DNA of 63,988 bases, filler included, from Sandaracinaceae bacterium (GCA_947483975.1; 9 parts of 9 records of this genome joined end to end with filler, not necessarily neighbours in it); one strand, 5' to 3'. Counted from the whole stretch's first letter, positions 9,698-19,836 are shown. The notes: a model not told the origin generated them from the letters alone. Program-made: numbers and translations.

Positions 9698-12351
9698 GGA
9701 GGCCAGCCCGTGACCGCGACCGGCGTCAGGCGGTTCACGATGGTGCCGTCGCCGAGCTGACCGGAGGTGTTCGCGCCCCAGCAGACGACCGTGCCCCCGA
9801 CGCGCCGCGCGCAGGTGTGTCGGCCGCCAGCGGCGACCTCGACGATGTCCGCGAGGCCGCTGACGGTGACCGGCGCCGAGCGCGAGGTGGTGCTCCCGTC
9901 GCCGAGCTGGCCTTGCATGTTGCCGCCCCAGCAGCTGAGCTCGCCGGTCGAGACCGTCGCGCAGGTGTGCCCCGAGGTGTCGCGCCCGCCGACGCTCAGG
10001 CTGGTGGCCATGTCGAGGCCGCTGACCGCGACCGGCGTGGTGCGGTTCGTCGTGGTGCCGTCGCCAACCTCGCCGTTGGCGTTGCTGCCCCAGCAGAGCA
10101 GCTCGCCCGTCGTGCGCCGCGCGCAGGCGTGCTTGCCGCCGGCGCCCGTCGCGATCTCCGCCACGCTCGTCAGGCCGACCACGGGCGTCGGAAGCAGGCG
10201 CCGCGTCGTGGTGCCGTCGCCGAGCTCGCCGTTGAGGTTCTCGCCCCAGCAGACGACCGTGCCGCCAGCGCGCCGCGCGCAGCTCTGCGCGGCGCCGGTG
10301 ACGAGCTCGACCGCGTCGCTGAGCCCGACCACGGGCGTCGGCAGGAGGCGGTTCGTCGTGGTGCCGTCGCCGAGCTGACCCGAGAGATTGCTCCCCCAGC
10401 AGACCACGCCGCCGCCCGTGCGCCGCGCGCAGACGTGCGCCGGGCCCGAGGCGATCTCGACGGCGTCGGTGAGCCCGGAGACCTCGGTCGCCGTCGTGTG
10501 GTTCGAGGTGGTGCCGTCGCCCAGCTGCCCGACGGTGTTGACGCCCCAGCAGAGGACGTGCCCGCTGCTGAGCACGGCGCAGGTGTGCGCGGCGCCCGCG
10601 ACGACGTCGATGGCGTCGAGCACGCCGAGGGCGGCGGTCGGCCCGAGGCGCGGCGTGACGGTGGTGCCGTCGCCGATCTGCCCGTTGAAGTTGTTGCCCC
10701 AGCAGGCGACGCCGCCCGAGCCGAGCACGGCGCAGGTGTGGCTCGCGCCGCCCGCGAGGTGCGTCGCGAGCGCGACGATGCAGGTGCCGCCGGCGCACAT
10801 GGTCGCGCCGGTGCAGGGACGCCCGCAGCCGCCGCAGTTCGGTGACGAGGTCAGCGTGTCGGTCTCGCAGCCGTTCGCCGAGTCGAGATCGCAGTCAGCG
10901 CGCGGGCCCGCGCAAGAGGCCACGACGCAGCGCCCCGCGCGGCACGCGGTCGGCTCGCCGGGCGTCGGGCAGTCGATGGACGCGGCGGGCTCCTCGTCGA
11001 TGCTGCCGTTGCAGTCGTCGTCGATCCCGTTGCAGGTCTCGCTCGCGCCGGGGTGGATCGCCGGGTCGGTGTCGTTGCAGTCGGTCGCCGGGAGCGGCCC
11101 GCCCGAGCACGCTCCGCCGCTGGGCGCGTAGCCGTCGTCGTCCACGTCCTCGGTCGCGTCGACGCCGCCGCCCGCCGAACAATCGGAGTCGCGCCGGTCG
11201 CAGATCTCGGGCGCGCCGGGGTGCACCGCCACGTCCGTGTCGTCGCAGTCGTCGCCCCCGCACGTCAGGTCCGCGTAGCCGTCGCGGTCGTCGTCCTCGC
11301 CCGGCCCATCGAGCAGGCCGTTGCAGTCTTGGTCGGTGCCGTCGCAGGTCTCGAGCGCCGCCGGGTGCCGCGCCGCGCTGGTGTCGTCGCAGTCACTCGA
11401 AACGAGCGAGTGCCCCGCGACGGGCGAGCAGGAGATGACCGTGTCGCCGCCCGCCGCGCCGTAGCCGTCGCCGTCCGTGTCCGCGTACCAGGAGACGTCG
11501 TTCATCTCCTCGTCGATGACGCCGTTGCAGTTGTTGTCGAGTCCGTCGCAGACCTCGACCTGATCGGGGCGCCGCGCGACCGAGGTGTCGTCGCAGTCGG
11601 TGTTGTCCGCGACGTAGCCGCCCGGCGCGGCGCAGGCCATCACGACGACCGCCGGATCGCCGAAGCGGTCCCCGTCGGCGTCGCGGTAGAACGAGAGCGC
11701 GACGCCGTCGTCCGCGGTGCCGTTGCAGTCGTCGTCGCGCCCGTTGCAGACCTCGGTGCCCGTCGGCCCGACGTCCGCGCGCGTGTCGTCGCAGTCCGCG
11801 CCGCAGATCTGCTCGCCGAGCGGGTTCGTGTTGCAGCACGCCGCGTCGAACGCGCCGTCGGCGTCCGCGTCGAGCCCGCCGTTCGTGCGGAAGTCGCAGT
11901 CCTCGTCGGCGTTCGCCGCGTCGCAGACCTCCGTCCCGCCCGGATGAGCCGCCGCGCTCGAGTCGTCGCAGTCGTCGCCGCCGCAGCGGGCGTCGTCGTA
12001 GCCGTCGCCGTCGGCGTCCGGGTTCACGTCGCAGTTCGACACGCAGATCCCCTGCTCCTCGTCGCAGGTCTGCGTCGCCCGACAGCGCACCATCGCCGCC
12101 GCGACGCAGCCGCGCGAGTCGGCCGAGAGGTCCGTGGGCGCGCACTGCTCGAGTCCGTTGCAGAAGACCCCGTCGCTGCACGACACGGCGTCGGTGCACG
12201 GTCCAACGGTCGCGTCCGCGTCGCCGCCGTCGGGGGGCGCCGCGTCTCGTCCGGCGTCGCGCGCGGGCGCGTCATCGTCGCCGCACGCCGACACCAGCGC
12301 AGCCAGACAAGCCAGGACCATCACCCACCGTGTGCTCGAGCAGGACCGCAT
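9694..12351 (-). CDS. Large lipoprotein with MopE-like/putative metal-binding Cys-Asp repeats and a C-terminal RCC1-like propeller
   Basis: Lipobox LVSAC; repeats DCDD...HPGA.E.C.G.D.DC.G; about seven HTCA...VxCWGxNxxGQLGDG repeats; GGAGG upstream. Confidence 0.85.
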   Translation of the reverse strand: MRSCSSTRWVMVLACLAALVSACGDDDAPARDAGRDAAPPDGGDADATVGPCTDAVSCSDGVFCNGLEQCAPTDLSADSRGCVAAAMVRCRATQTCDEEQGICVSNCDVNPDADGDGYDDARCGGDDCDDSSAAAHPGGTEVCDAANADEDCDFRTNGGLDADADGAFDAACCNTNPLGEQICGADCDDTRADVGPTGTEVCNGRDDDCNGTADDGVALSFYRDADGDRFGDPAVVVMACAAPGGYVADNTDCDDTSVARRPDQVEVCDGLDNNCNGVIDEEMNDVSWYADTDGDGYGAAGGDTVISCSPVAGHSLVSSDCDDTSAARHPAALETCDGTDQDCNGLLDGPGEDDDRDGYADLTCGGDDCDDTDVAVHPGAPEICDRRDSDCSAGGGVDATEDVDDDGYAPSGGACSGGPLPATDCNDTDPAIHPGASETCNGIDDDCNGSIDEEPAASIDCPTPGEPTACRAGRCVVASCAGPRADCDLDSANGCETDTLTSSPNCGGCGRPCTGATMCAGGTCIVALATHLAGGASHTCAVLGSGGVACWGNNFNGQIGDGTTVTPRLGPTAALGVLDAIDVVAGAAHTCAVLSSGHVLCWGVNTVGQLGDGTTSNHTTATEVSGLTDAVEIASGPAHVCARRTGGGVVCWGSNLSGQLGDGTTTNRLLPTPVVGLSDAVELVTGAAQSCARRAGGTVVCWGENLNGELGDGTTTRRLLPTPVVGLTSVAEIATGAGGKHACARRTTGELLCWGSNANGEVGDGTTTNRTTPVAVSGLDMATSLSVGGRDTSGHTCATVSTGELSCWGGNMQGQLGDGSTTSRSAPVTVSGLADIVEVAAGGRHTCARRVGGTVVCWGANTSGQLGDGTIVNRLTPVAVTGWPP

Positions 12352-12460
12352 TGAGTGTCGCCTCCGCGCGCATCGTACATGAGCAGGGCGGAAAAACGTG
12401 CTCAGAGTGTCCGACCGCGTGGTGCGTCTCGCCTCGCCGCGACGCCCGCTCGGCGACCGC

Positions 12461-13222
12461 TCAGCCCGTGAACGGGATGCGCTCGCGCAGCAGCCTGGCG
12501 CGCTCCCGCGCGAGCGGTACGCGCGGCTTCTCGGGGTGCGCGAGCACGAGCTCGTAGGTGCCCGCGCCGCCCGGCTCGATCGCCTCGATGCGGTCGAGGC
12601 GCACGAGCACGCCGCGGTGCGAGCGGAAGAAGACGCTCTCGTCGACGGCCTGCTCGACGGCGGCGAGCGTCAGATCGAGCGCGAAGCGGTCGGAGGCGGT
12701 GACCGCCCAGACGAGCTCGTCCTTCATCTCGAAGTAGACGACGTCCGCGAGGTCGAGCACGACGTACGCGCCGCGCCGGCGCACCGCGAGGCGCGTCAGC
12801 GGTGCCTCGCCAGGCTTTCGAGCCGGGGCGGGCGGCGGGTTGCTCGGCGGGCGGTGCGCGGCGTCGCGCACGCGCTCGAGCGTCTTTTGCAGGCGCGCGA
12901 GGCGCACCGGCTTGAGCAGATAGTCGAGGACGCGCGCCTCGAACGCGCGAATCGCCGCGTCGTCGTGCGCGGAGACGACGACCACGGCGAGCTCCGGGCG
13001 CCGCCTGAGGAGCGCCTCCGCGAGCGCGAGCCCGTCGGGCCCAGGCATCCGCAGATCGACGAAGGCGACGTCCGGCGTCTCGCGCTCCGCGAGCGTCAGC
13101 GCCTCGGCGGTGTTCTTCGCCGTGCCGACGACCTCGACGCCGCCTGCCTCCCCCAGCAAAAATACGAGCTCGTCGCGGGCGAGCGGCTCGTCATCGACCA
13201 CGATCGCGCGGAGCGTCGTCAT
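12461..13222 (-). CDS. LytTR-family response regulator
   Basis: Receiver VVDDEPLAR, FVDLRMP, DYLLKP; LytTR FFRSHRGVLV. ATGA overlap with the kinase. Confidence 0.93.
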   Translation of the reverse strand: MTTLRAIVVDDEPLARDELVFLLGEAGGVEVVGTAKNTAEALTLAERETPDVAFVDLRMPGPDGLALAEALLRRRPELAVVVVSAHDDAAIRAFEARVLDYLLKPVRLARLQKTLERVRDAAHRPPSNPPPAPARKPGEAPLTRLAVRRRGAYVVLDLADVVYFEMKDELVWAVTASDRFALDLTLAAVEQAVDESVFFRSHRGVLVRLDRIEAIEPGGAGTYELVLAHPEKPRVPLARERARLLRERIPFTG

Positions 13223-14472
13223 GCGGCCTCGAGCGCGGCGGGTTCTGCGGGCATCGCCGGCAGCGTGACACGCGCGATCATCCCGCGCGGCGTCGGCACC
13301 AGCTCGAGCGAGGCGCGCGCCCCGAAGCGCTTGTTCAGGCGCTCTCGCAGCGTCGCGAGCGCGATGCCTGCGCCGGTCTCGCTGAGGCTCGCGCGGTCGC
13401 TCTGCGCGTCGCTCTCGGAGGCGTCCTCGACCTCGAGCACGAGCTGACCCGCCTCGACCCTCGCGCGCACCTCGACCTCCCCGGCGCCCTCGCGCGCCCC
13501 GACCCCGTGCTTGACGGCGTTCTCGACGAGCGGCTGCAAGAGGAGCGCGGGCACCGCGACCCCGGCGGCGTCCGGGTCGATCGCCTGGCGCACCGCGAGG
13601 CGCTCGTCGCCGAGGCGCGCGCGCTCGATCGCGAGGTACGCGCAGGCGTGCGCGACCTCGTCGCGGACGGTCGCCTCGTGCGGGTGCGAGAGCAGGTAGC
13701 GGTAGAGGTCCGCGAGGTCCGAGACGAGCTCCCGCGCGCGCACCGGGTCCTTGCGGATCGTCGCGCGCAGCGCGTTGAGCGCGTTGAAGAGAAAGTGCGG
13801 CTCGAGCTTGCTGCGCAGCGCCTCGAGCGCCGCGGCGTCGGCCATCGAGCGCGCCTCGACGAGCGCGACGGCGGCCTCCTCCCGCGCGACGACGAGCCGC
13901 GCGACGACCACGAAGAGCGTCACGCCGGACGCGTTGACGATCAGCTTGATCAGGTGCGCGGGCCACGCGGGGATGTACCGCGCGGCGTGCCCGATCACGA
14001 TCAGCGCCACGCCCACGACGAAGAGGTGCACCGTCTGGATGCCGAACGAGGTGGCGAACGCGCGCCAGCCCTGAAAGAGGTGCGGCGAGCGCTTGGCGAC
14101 GATGCCCGCGAGCAGCCCGTCGAGCACCGACGCGATCACGACGAAGGGCGCCGTCTGATCGTCGCCGAGCGCCGCCGAGAAGACGCCCCCGACGAGCCCC
14201 GCGAGCGCGCCCGCCTTTCGCCCGCCGAGGATCGCCGCGATGATCACGCCGATCGCGCGCACGTTGATGTGCTCGCCGTCGATGGTGATGCCGAGCATCG
14301 AGCCCCAGATCGCGAGCGCGATGCCGAGCACCATGCCCGCCGCCTTGTCGACGCGGCGCCCGACGCCGAGCAGGCGATTGCGCAGCGGCGGAAAGAGCAC
14401 GGCGACGAGCGCGGCCGCGGCGAGCAGGCTCATCTTCTCCGCGAGCTCGATCAGCAGCGTGCCCGGCGTCAC
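13219..14472 (-). CDS. LytS/YehU-family sensor histidine kinase
   Basis: 5TM-LYT-like N-terminus (INVRAIGVIIAAILGG), LEPHFLFNALN, LLQPLVENAVKHG. Confidence 0.92.
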   Translation of the reverse strand: MTPGTLLIELAEKMSLLAAAALVAVLFPPLRNRLLGVGRRVDKAAGMVLGIALAIWGSMLGITIDGEHINVRAIGVIIAAILGGRKAGALAGLVGGVFSAALGDDQTAPFVVIASVLDGLLAGIVAKRSPHLFQGWRAFATSFGIQTVHLFVVGVALIVIGHAARYIPAWPAHLIKLIVNASGVTLFVVVARLVVAREEAAVALVEARSMADAAALEALRSKLEPHFLFNALNALRATIRKDPVRARELVSDLADLYRYLLSHPHEATVRDEVAHACAYLAIERARLGDERLAVRQAIDPDAAGVAVPALLLQPLVENAVKHGVGAREGAGEVEVRARVEAGQLVLEVEDASESDAQSDRASLSETGAGIALATLRERLNKRFGARASLELVPTPRGMIARVTLPAMPAEPAALEAA

Positions 14473-14529
14473 GGAGACGACGCTAGCACGGCGCTGCGCA
14501 CGCTATGGCCGACGCCGCCGCGGCGGGCG

Positions 14530-14916
14530 CTATAGGCGACGCCGTCGCAGCGCGCGCACGTCCTCGACGCGGACCTCGTGTCCGAACGTGCGCTCGAGGT
14601 CGTGCGTCGCCGCGCCGCCTAGCTCGAGGGTCGGCGCGGGCGGCGCCGCCTCGGTGTAGACCGGATAGCGCACGACGACGCGGCCCTCGAAGCGCGGCAC
14701 CTCGAGCCGCTCGAGCGCGTCGTAGAGGCACGCGCGCAGCGTCGGCGCGAGCTCGCCCGTGATCGTCGTCGAGAGCAGCTCGCGGTCCGCGAGCTCGAAG
14801 GCGATGCTCGCGCGCACGGAGTAGTCGGCGCGCCCTGCGCGATCGGCGCGGAAGCACGCGCGGGCTGCGGGCACGACGCGCGTGTGCAGCATCGAGAGGA
14901 GCGTCTCGGCGGGCAC
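14530..14916 (-). CDS. C-terminal fragment, AgmX/PglI/TonB-C-like domain; 5' partial
   Basis: Pattern RACF...LRACL..ALERLEVP...VVVRYP; cut by the contig end. Confidence 0.5.
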   Translation of the reverse strand: MPAETLLSMLHTRVVPAARACFRADRAGRADYSVRASIAFELADRELLSTTITGELAPTLRACLYDALERLEVPRFEGRVVVRYPVYTEAAPPAPTLELGGAATHDLERTFGHEVRVEDVRALRRRRL

Positions 14917-14917
14917 G

Positions 14918-15017
14918 NNNNNNNNNNNNNNNNNNNNNNNNNNNNNNNNNNNNNNNNNNNNTTAATTAATTAANNNNNNNNNNNNNNNNNNNNNNNNNNN
15001 NNNNNNNNNNNNNNNNN
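14918..15017. other. Artificial contig linker
   Basis: N-run with TTAATTAATTAA. Confidence 0.99.
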
Positions 15018-15121
15018 AGCGCCGCGTCCGCGAGCGCGAGCGCGTGCTCCCGCCGGGCGCGGTCCGGCCCCTCGGGCACAAACTCGAGCAGCAGCTCTCG
15101 GCGTAGCCGGGCGACCGACAC
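15018..15121 (-). CDS. N-terminal fragment of a hypothetical protein; 3' partial
   Basis: GTG 2 nt after the preceding stop; MSVARLRRELLLEF... is open to the contig end. Confidence 0.35.
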
Positions 15122-15123
15122 GC

Positions 15124-15654
15124 TCAGCCGGGAGTCTGAAAGACCTGCACGCCGAACTCGCCGCTGCCCTGGTACATCTGGACTTGCACGCGGTAGGCGC
15201 CGGCCGTGTTCGGGCAGATCTGAGACTCGACGCCGAGCGCCGGGTAGGCGTCCGTCGCGACGTCTTGCTGAAGCTGCACGCCGTTCGGATCGAAGAGCTT
15301 CAGGTCGAGATCGACGACGGAGGGGCCGCCGATGCCGATGATCTTGAAGCACTTGCCGGGCTGCAAGACGGCTTGAAAGTCCTGCGTCGCGTGGAGCGCG
15401 AGCGTCCCGCGGAAGATCGGCGTCGCCGTCGTCATGCCCGCCGCGATCGTCTGCGCGCGGCGCTGCATCGTGACGGCGATGACGTCGCCGGGAGCCGTCG
15501 GAGGCGCGACTGGATCGACCCTCGGCGCGACGACCGGCGCCGGGACCGCGGGCATCGGCCCCGGGGTCGGCGCGCCGCTCGAGCCGCACGCGAGGAGTCC
15601 GGCGAGCACGAGCACGGCGAAGGAGACGGAGGCGAGAGTCGAGGCGCGTTGCAT
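15124..15654 (-). CDS. Lipoprotein with a PPC-like beta domain
   Basis: Lipobox LLAC; DLDLKLFDPNG...GAYRVQV. Confidence 0.75.
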   Translation of the reverse strand: MQRASTLASVSFAVLVLAGLLACGSSGAPTPGPMPAVPAPVVAPRVDPVAPPTAPGDVIAVTMQRRAQTIAAGMTTATPIFRGTLALHATQDFQAVLQPGKCFKIIGIGGPSVVDLDLKLFDPNGVQLQQDVATDAYPALGVESQICPNTAGAYRVQVQMYQGSGEFGVQVFQTPG

Positions 15655-15809
15655 CGCGGCGGAGCGTAAGCGACGCGCGGGGTGCGGTTCAACCCGCGGG
15701 CGAGCGAGTCTGGTGACGACGCCGTGGTCGGCGCGGCCTTCGGGGCCAACCGCGAGCCGCGCGCCGCCGCCTTGCACCCCGGATCTCGCGCCGTCTAGAG
15801 TGCCGCCCG

Positions 15810-17849
15810 ATGCGCATCTCGACCGTCTCCGCGCGCCAGCTCGCGCTCGCCTCGTCGTCGCTCCTCGTCGCTGCGGTCGCTCTAGTCGCGTGCAGCGGGC
15901 GCGGCCGCACGCCTGCCCCGCCGCCCACCGCCCCAGGCACCGGCGCGGTCGCGGCGCACCAGGGGAGGCTCGTCGTGCTCGGCTTCGACGGCGTCGACCC
16001 GCGCTGGATGGAGCGCTGGGCCAACGAGGGCAAGCTGCCGAACCTCGCCAAGCTGATGAAGGCGCGCGGCGGCGCGCAGTATCGGCACCTCGAGTCCACG
16101 AACCCGCCGCAGTCGCCCGTCGCTTGGACGACCTTCGCGACGGGCACTCCGCCCGGCGAACACGGCATCTTCGACTTCATCGGACGCCGCGTCAGCACCG
16201 CGCCGACTGGCTTGCCGGTGGTGCCCTATCAGGGGACGTCGAGCTTCGAGGTGCAGGCGGCGGGCCCGCCGGTCGCGCGCAACCTGCGCACCGGTGAGCC
16301 CTTCTGGAAGACGCTCGCCGACGATGGCGTGCGCACCGTCGCGCTCAACGTGCCGTACAGCTTCCCGCCCGATCCGATGCGCGCGGGGCGCATGCTGAGC
16401 GGTCTCGGCGTGCCCGACCTGCGCGAGACGAACAGCACCTTCAGCTACGCCGGCACCGACGTCGCCGACGGCGAGCGCAACGTCGGCGGAGGCGTGATGA
16501 CGCGCCTCACGGTGACGGATGGCGTCGCGCTCTATCAGCTCGCGGGCCCCACGATTCCCGGCAGCTCGCCGCCCGCGCGCATGACGCTCCCGGTGGAGAT
16601 CCGCAGTCGCTCGGGTGAGAGCGGCGCGCCCGACGCGCTCGTCGTCAAGCTCGACGGCACGGAGCACGTGTTGCCCGTGCGCGAAGAGAGCGGCTTCATC
16701 GAGGTGACGTTCAAGCACGAGGGCACGGAGGTGCGCGGTCTACTCCGCATGATCGCGCTCGAGGCGCGCCCCGGAATGCGGCTCTTCTTCACGCCGATCT
16801 CGTTCCATCCCGCGCGGCAGTACTCGCCGATCAGCTATCCGCAGTCGTTCGCGGGTGAGCTCGTCACGGACACCGACGGATTCTACAAGACCGTCGGCTG
16901 GGATCACGACACGAGCGCGCTCAACGAGGAGGTCATCGACGAGGAGCTTTGGCTCCGCGAGATGGATCAGATCGAGCGGCAGCGGCAGCAGATGCTCCTG
17001 GCGAGAATGGGCCAGAACGACTGGGATATGCTGCTCTGGGTCTCCACGGCGACGGACCGCGCCTCGCACATGTTCTATCGGCTGACCGACCCGCAGAGCC
17101 CGCGCTACGACGCGGTGCTCGCGGCGCGCTACGGCGACGCGATCGAGCGGCAATATCGGCGCATGGACGAGACCGTCGGGCGCGCGCTCGCGGCGCTCGG
17201 ACCAGACGACACGCTGCTCGTCATCTCCGATCACGGGTTTCACAACTACCGTCGTGGGCTGAACGTCAATCAGTGGCTCCGGCAGAATGGCTTCCTCACG
17301 CTGCGCAATGACGCAGACGCGTCGCCGCGCGACTTCCTGCTCGACGTGGACTGGAGTCGCACTCAGGCGTACGCGCTCGGCACGGGGCAGATCTACGTCA
17401 ACCTCCGCGGCCGAGAGCGCGACGGCATCGTCAACGAGTCCGACATCACGGCGGTCTGCGCGCGCATCAAGGCGGGGCTCGAGGCGCTCCGAGACGCAGA
17501 GAAGGGCAACGCCGTCGTCGTGCACCGCGTGTACCTCGGGCGCACCGAATTCACCGGCGGTCGCTCCGCCGACGCGCCGGATCTGCAGCTGGCTTTCGCC
17601 GAGAATTACCGCACGAGCTGGGAGTCGATCCTCGGCGGCGTGCCGGCGGGGCTCTTCCTCGACAACCCGAAGAAGTGGAGCGGCGATCACGCGGCGAGCG
17701 ACGTCACCGAGACGCCCGGCATCATCGTGTCGAACCGCGCGCTCCCGCGCGAACACCCGGGCATCGTGGACCTCGCGCCGACGGCGATGCGCTTCTTCGG
17801 CCGGACGCCGCCCGCGCATTACACCGGGCGCTCGGTGCTCGTTCAGTAA
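15810..17849 (+). CDS. Alkaline phosphatase superfamily (nucleotide pyrophosphatase/phosphodiesterase) lipoprotein
   Basis: VLGFDGVD, STNPPQSPVAWTTFATG, DRASH, ISDHGF, SGDH; lipobox LVAC. Confidence 0.88.
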   Translation: MRISTVSARQLALASSSLLVAAVALVACSGRGRTPAPPPTAPGTGAVAAHQGRLVVLGFDGVDPRWMERWANEGKLPNLAKLMKARGGAQYRHLESTNPPQSPVAWTTFATGTPPGEHGIFDFIGRRVSTAPTGLPVVPYQGTSSFEVQAAGPPVARNLRTGEPFWKTLADDGVRTVALNVPYSFPPDPMRAGRMLSGLGVPDLRETNSTFSYAGTDVADGERNVGGGVMTRLTVTDGVALYQLAGPTIPGSSPPARMTLPVEIRSRSGESGAPDALVVKLDGTEHVLPVREESGFIEVTFKHEGTEVRGLLRMIALEARPGMRLFFTPISFHPARQYSPISYPQSFAGELVTDTDGFYKTVGWDHDTSALNEEVIDEELWLREMDQIERQRQQMLLARMGQNDWDMLLWVSTATDRASHMFYRLTDPQSPRYDAVLAARYGDAIERQYRRMDETVGRALAALGPDDTLLVISDHGFHNYRRGLNVNQWLRQNGFLTLRNDADASPRDFLLDVDWSRTQAYALGTGQIYVNLRGRERDGIVNESDITAVCARIKAGLEALRDAEKGNAVVVHRVYLGRTEFTGGRSADAPDLQLAFAENYRTSWESILGGVPAGLFLDNPKKWSGDHAASDVTETPGIIVSNRALPREHPGIVDLAPTAMRFFGRTPPAHYTGRSVLVQ

Positions 17850-18000
17850 CCTCACGACGAGCGGGACGGATTGCCTCTTCTGTAAGCTGGCGCGCAACTA
17901 CTTCAGGAGCCGGGGCGCGCGACCGTTCGACGGTGGGCGGGACACGAGAGGCCGATGAGCGCGCCTCCCTGAGTGCCGAGCCCACGCCGTCGGAGGAGTC

Positions 18001-18420
18001 ATGTCCCAGGTCGAACGCTTCAGAGAGCAGCACGCGCAGGCCGTCGCTGTCGTCCAGCAGATTTCCGCGCTGCTCAACCCGGTCGCCCTCGCCGCGGACG
18101 CGACCAAGGTCCGTCACCTGCTGTCGCAGCTCGTCGGCGCGCTGCAGGCGCACTTGGCGATGGAGGACAGCCTCCTCTACCCGAAGCTGATCGCGAGCAG
18201 CGACGCGAAGGTCAGCGGCATGGCGAAGCGCTTTCAGCAAGAGATGGGCGGGATCAAGGACGCGCTCGGCGCGTATGTGAAGAAGTGGCCGTCTGCCGTC
18301 GCCATCCAGCAGAACCCGGCGCTCTTCATCGCGGACACGCGCGGCATCTTCGCCGCCCTCGCGAAGCGCATCGAGAAGGAAGACAAGGAGCTCTACGTGG
18401 CTGCCGCAGGGATCCTCTGA
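18001..18420 (+). CDS. Hemerythrin (HHE) domain protein
   Basis: QH...HLAMEDSLLYP...RIEKEDKELY; GGAGGAG RBS. Confidence 0.85.
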   Translation: MSQVERFREQHAQAVAVVQQISALLNPVALAADATKVRHLLSQLVGALQAHLAMEDSLLYPKLIASSDAKVSGMAKRFQQEMGGIKDALGAYVKKWPSAVAIQQNPALFIADTRGIFAALAKRIEKEDKELYVAAAGIL

Positions 18421-18432
18421 GCCGCCGGTGTC

Positions 18433-18461
18433 AGCCCCGGCGCGCACGCGGCGTCGGGGCT
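18433..18461. terminator. GC hairpin between convergent genes (possible terminator)
   Basis: Arms agccccggcg / cgtcggggct; no U-tract. Confidence 0.35.
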
Positions 18462-18468
18462 CGGCGCC

Positions 18469-19836
18469 TCACTCGAGCCGCACCTCGTCGAGCGTGAACG
18501 TGCCGGGCGTCCCGCGCACGACCTGCACTTGAATGGTGCGGAGCCGCGGCACGGCGGGACACGCCGCCGCGAGGTCCACCGTGAGCGTGCCGTAGGCGGC
18601 GCCGAGCGTCGCGCTGACGACGCTGCAGTCCCCCGCGGGCCCCCCGACCTTCACCTCGATCGGGGCGGCGTCGTCGGAGCGCGCGCGGAGCGTCAGGCGC
18701 GTCAAGCCGGCCTGCGCGAAGTCCTCGGGGTACTCCAGCGTGAGCCCGCCCCAGGCGTCGAGGTCGGCGGCGAGGCAGGTGCCCGACACGCAGCCGCTCG
18801 TGCTCGCGTCGTCGATCGTGCGCTCGCTCCACGCCGTGAACCCCCAGCGCACGCTCTCGATGCCGCCGAAGCCATCGACGTACGGATCCGGCACACGCCA
18901 GCCGCACGCGGGACCGGACGGTGGTGCGCGGTCCTCGACCTGCACGCCGAGATCGACGGCGCGCGGGAAGGGGCCCGCCGGTGCGATGACGACGCTCGAC
19001 TCGACGGTCTGGCCTTGCGCCGTCGTCAGGCGTAGCTGCACGCCGGTGCCGCCGCGCGCGATCGACGCGCCGCCGGGGGGCGTCTCGTACGCGCCGCCGT
19101 CGCGGAGCAGCTCCTGCCACGGGTTGTCGCTCGACACTCCAGGTCCTGCGCCGCGCATCTCGACGCGTCGGATCCCGACGACGATGTTGGAGATCGCGAG
19201 GCGCAAGAACGTCGGATCCCCGTCGCGCAGCACGGCGAACGCGCTGCCTTCGACGGGGCAGGGCACGCGTCGCGCGCTCGCCTCGACAGTCCCCGCGCCG
19301 ATGAAGTCGAGGGCCTCGGCGACCGGGCGCGCGACGTCGAAGTGGAAGAAATCCCCTGCACAGATTGGGTTTCCGGCGATCGGGCAGAGGTCGGTGACGA
19401 CGACCGTGCGCGTCCCGTGCGCCGTCGTCAGCTCCCAGCACTCGCCGCACGCCTCCGCCGGCGCGCCCCCGAGCGAGCCCCCGAACCAGGGCTCGGCGAC
19501 GGCCGTCGTGAGCCCGTCGCGCGCGATGCGCGGCAGCGCGGCGGGGACGTCCATCACCTCGCACGCGCCCGCCGTCCCGACCGTGTAGTAGGTCAGGCGC
19601 AGCGGCTCGCAGACGCCCGCCACTCCGCCGCCGTCGCGGTCCCCGGCGTCGACGCCACCATCGACCACACGACCGCCATCGACGCCACCATCGACCGCCG
19701 GGCCACCATCGATCACACGACCGCCATCGCCGCCACCATCCGGCGCGGGGGAGTCGTCTCCGCCGCAGGCGGTGAGCCCGGCGAGCGCGGACGCGAGGCA
19801 CGCGAGAGCGACGGCGGAGCGCGGGGCGTAGATCAT
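18469..19836 (-). CDS. Expansin-like lipoprotein (DPBB + CBM63-like) with an extra C-terminal beta-sandwich
   Basis: Lipobox LTAC; TYY..GAC, ACGECWEL, VTDLCP, HFDV, RRVPCP, then ISNIVVGIRRVE. Confidence 0.8.
   Translation of the reverse strand: MIYAPRSAVALACLASALAGLTACGGDDSPAPDGGGDGGRVIDGGPAVDGGVDGGRVVDGGVDAGDRDGGGVAGVCEPLRLTYYTVGTAGACEVMDVPAALPRIARDGLTTAVAEPWFGGSLGGAPAEACGECWELTTAHGTRTVVVTDLCPIAGNPICAGDFFHFDVARPVAEALDFIGAGTVEASARRVPCPVEGSAFAVLRDGDPTFLRLAISNIVVGIRRVEMRGAGPGVSSDNPWQELLRDGGAYETPPGGASIARGGTGVQLRLTTAQGQTVESSVVIAPAGPFPRAVDLGVQVEDRAPPSGPACGWRVPDPYVDGFGGIESVRWGFTAWSERTIDDASTSGCVSGTCLAADLDAWGGLTLEYPEDFAQAGLTRLTLRARSDDAAPIEVKVGGPAGDCSVVSATLGAAYGTLTVDLAAACPAVPRLRTIQVQVVRGTPGTFTLDEVRLE

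Noticed and set aside
15680..15760. ggttcaacccg T-loop-like motif and ggccttcggggcc hairpin
   Set aside because: I could not build a tRNA cloverleaf; the region is a divergent promoter interval.
17850..18000. Possible riboswitch or sigma54 promoter upstream of the hemerythrin gene
   Set aside because: Some stems are possible, but I recognise no riboswitch consensus, and TGGCGCG lacks the -12 GC at the required spacing.
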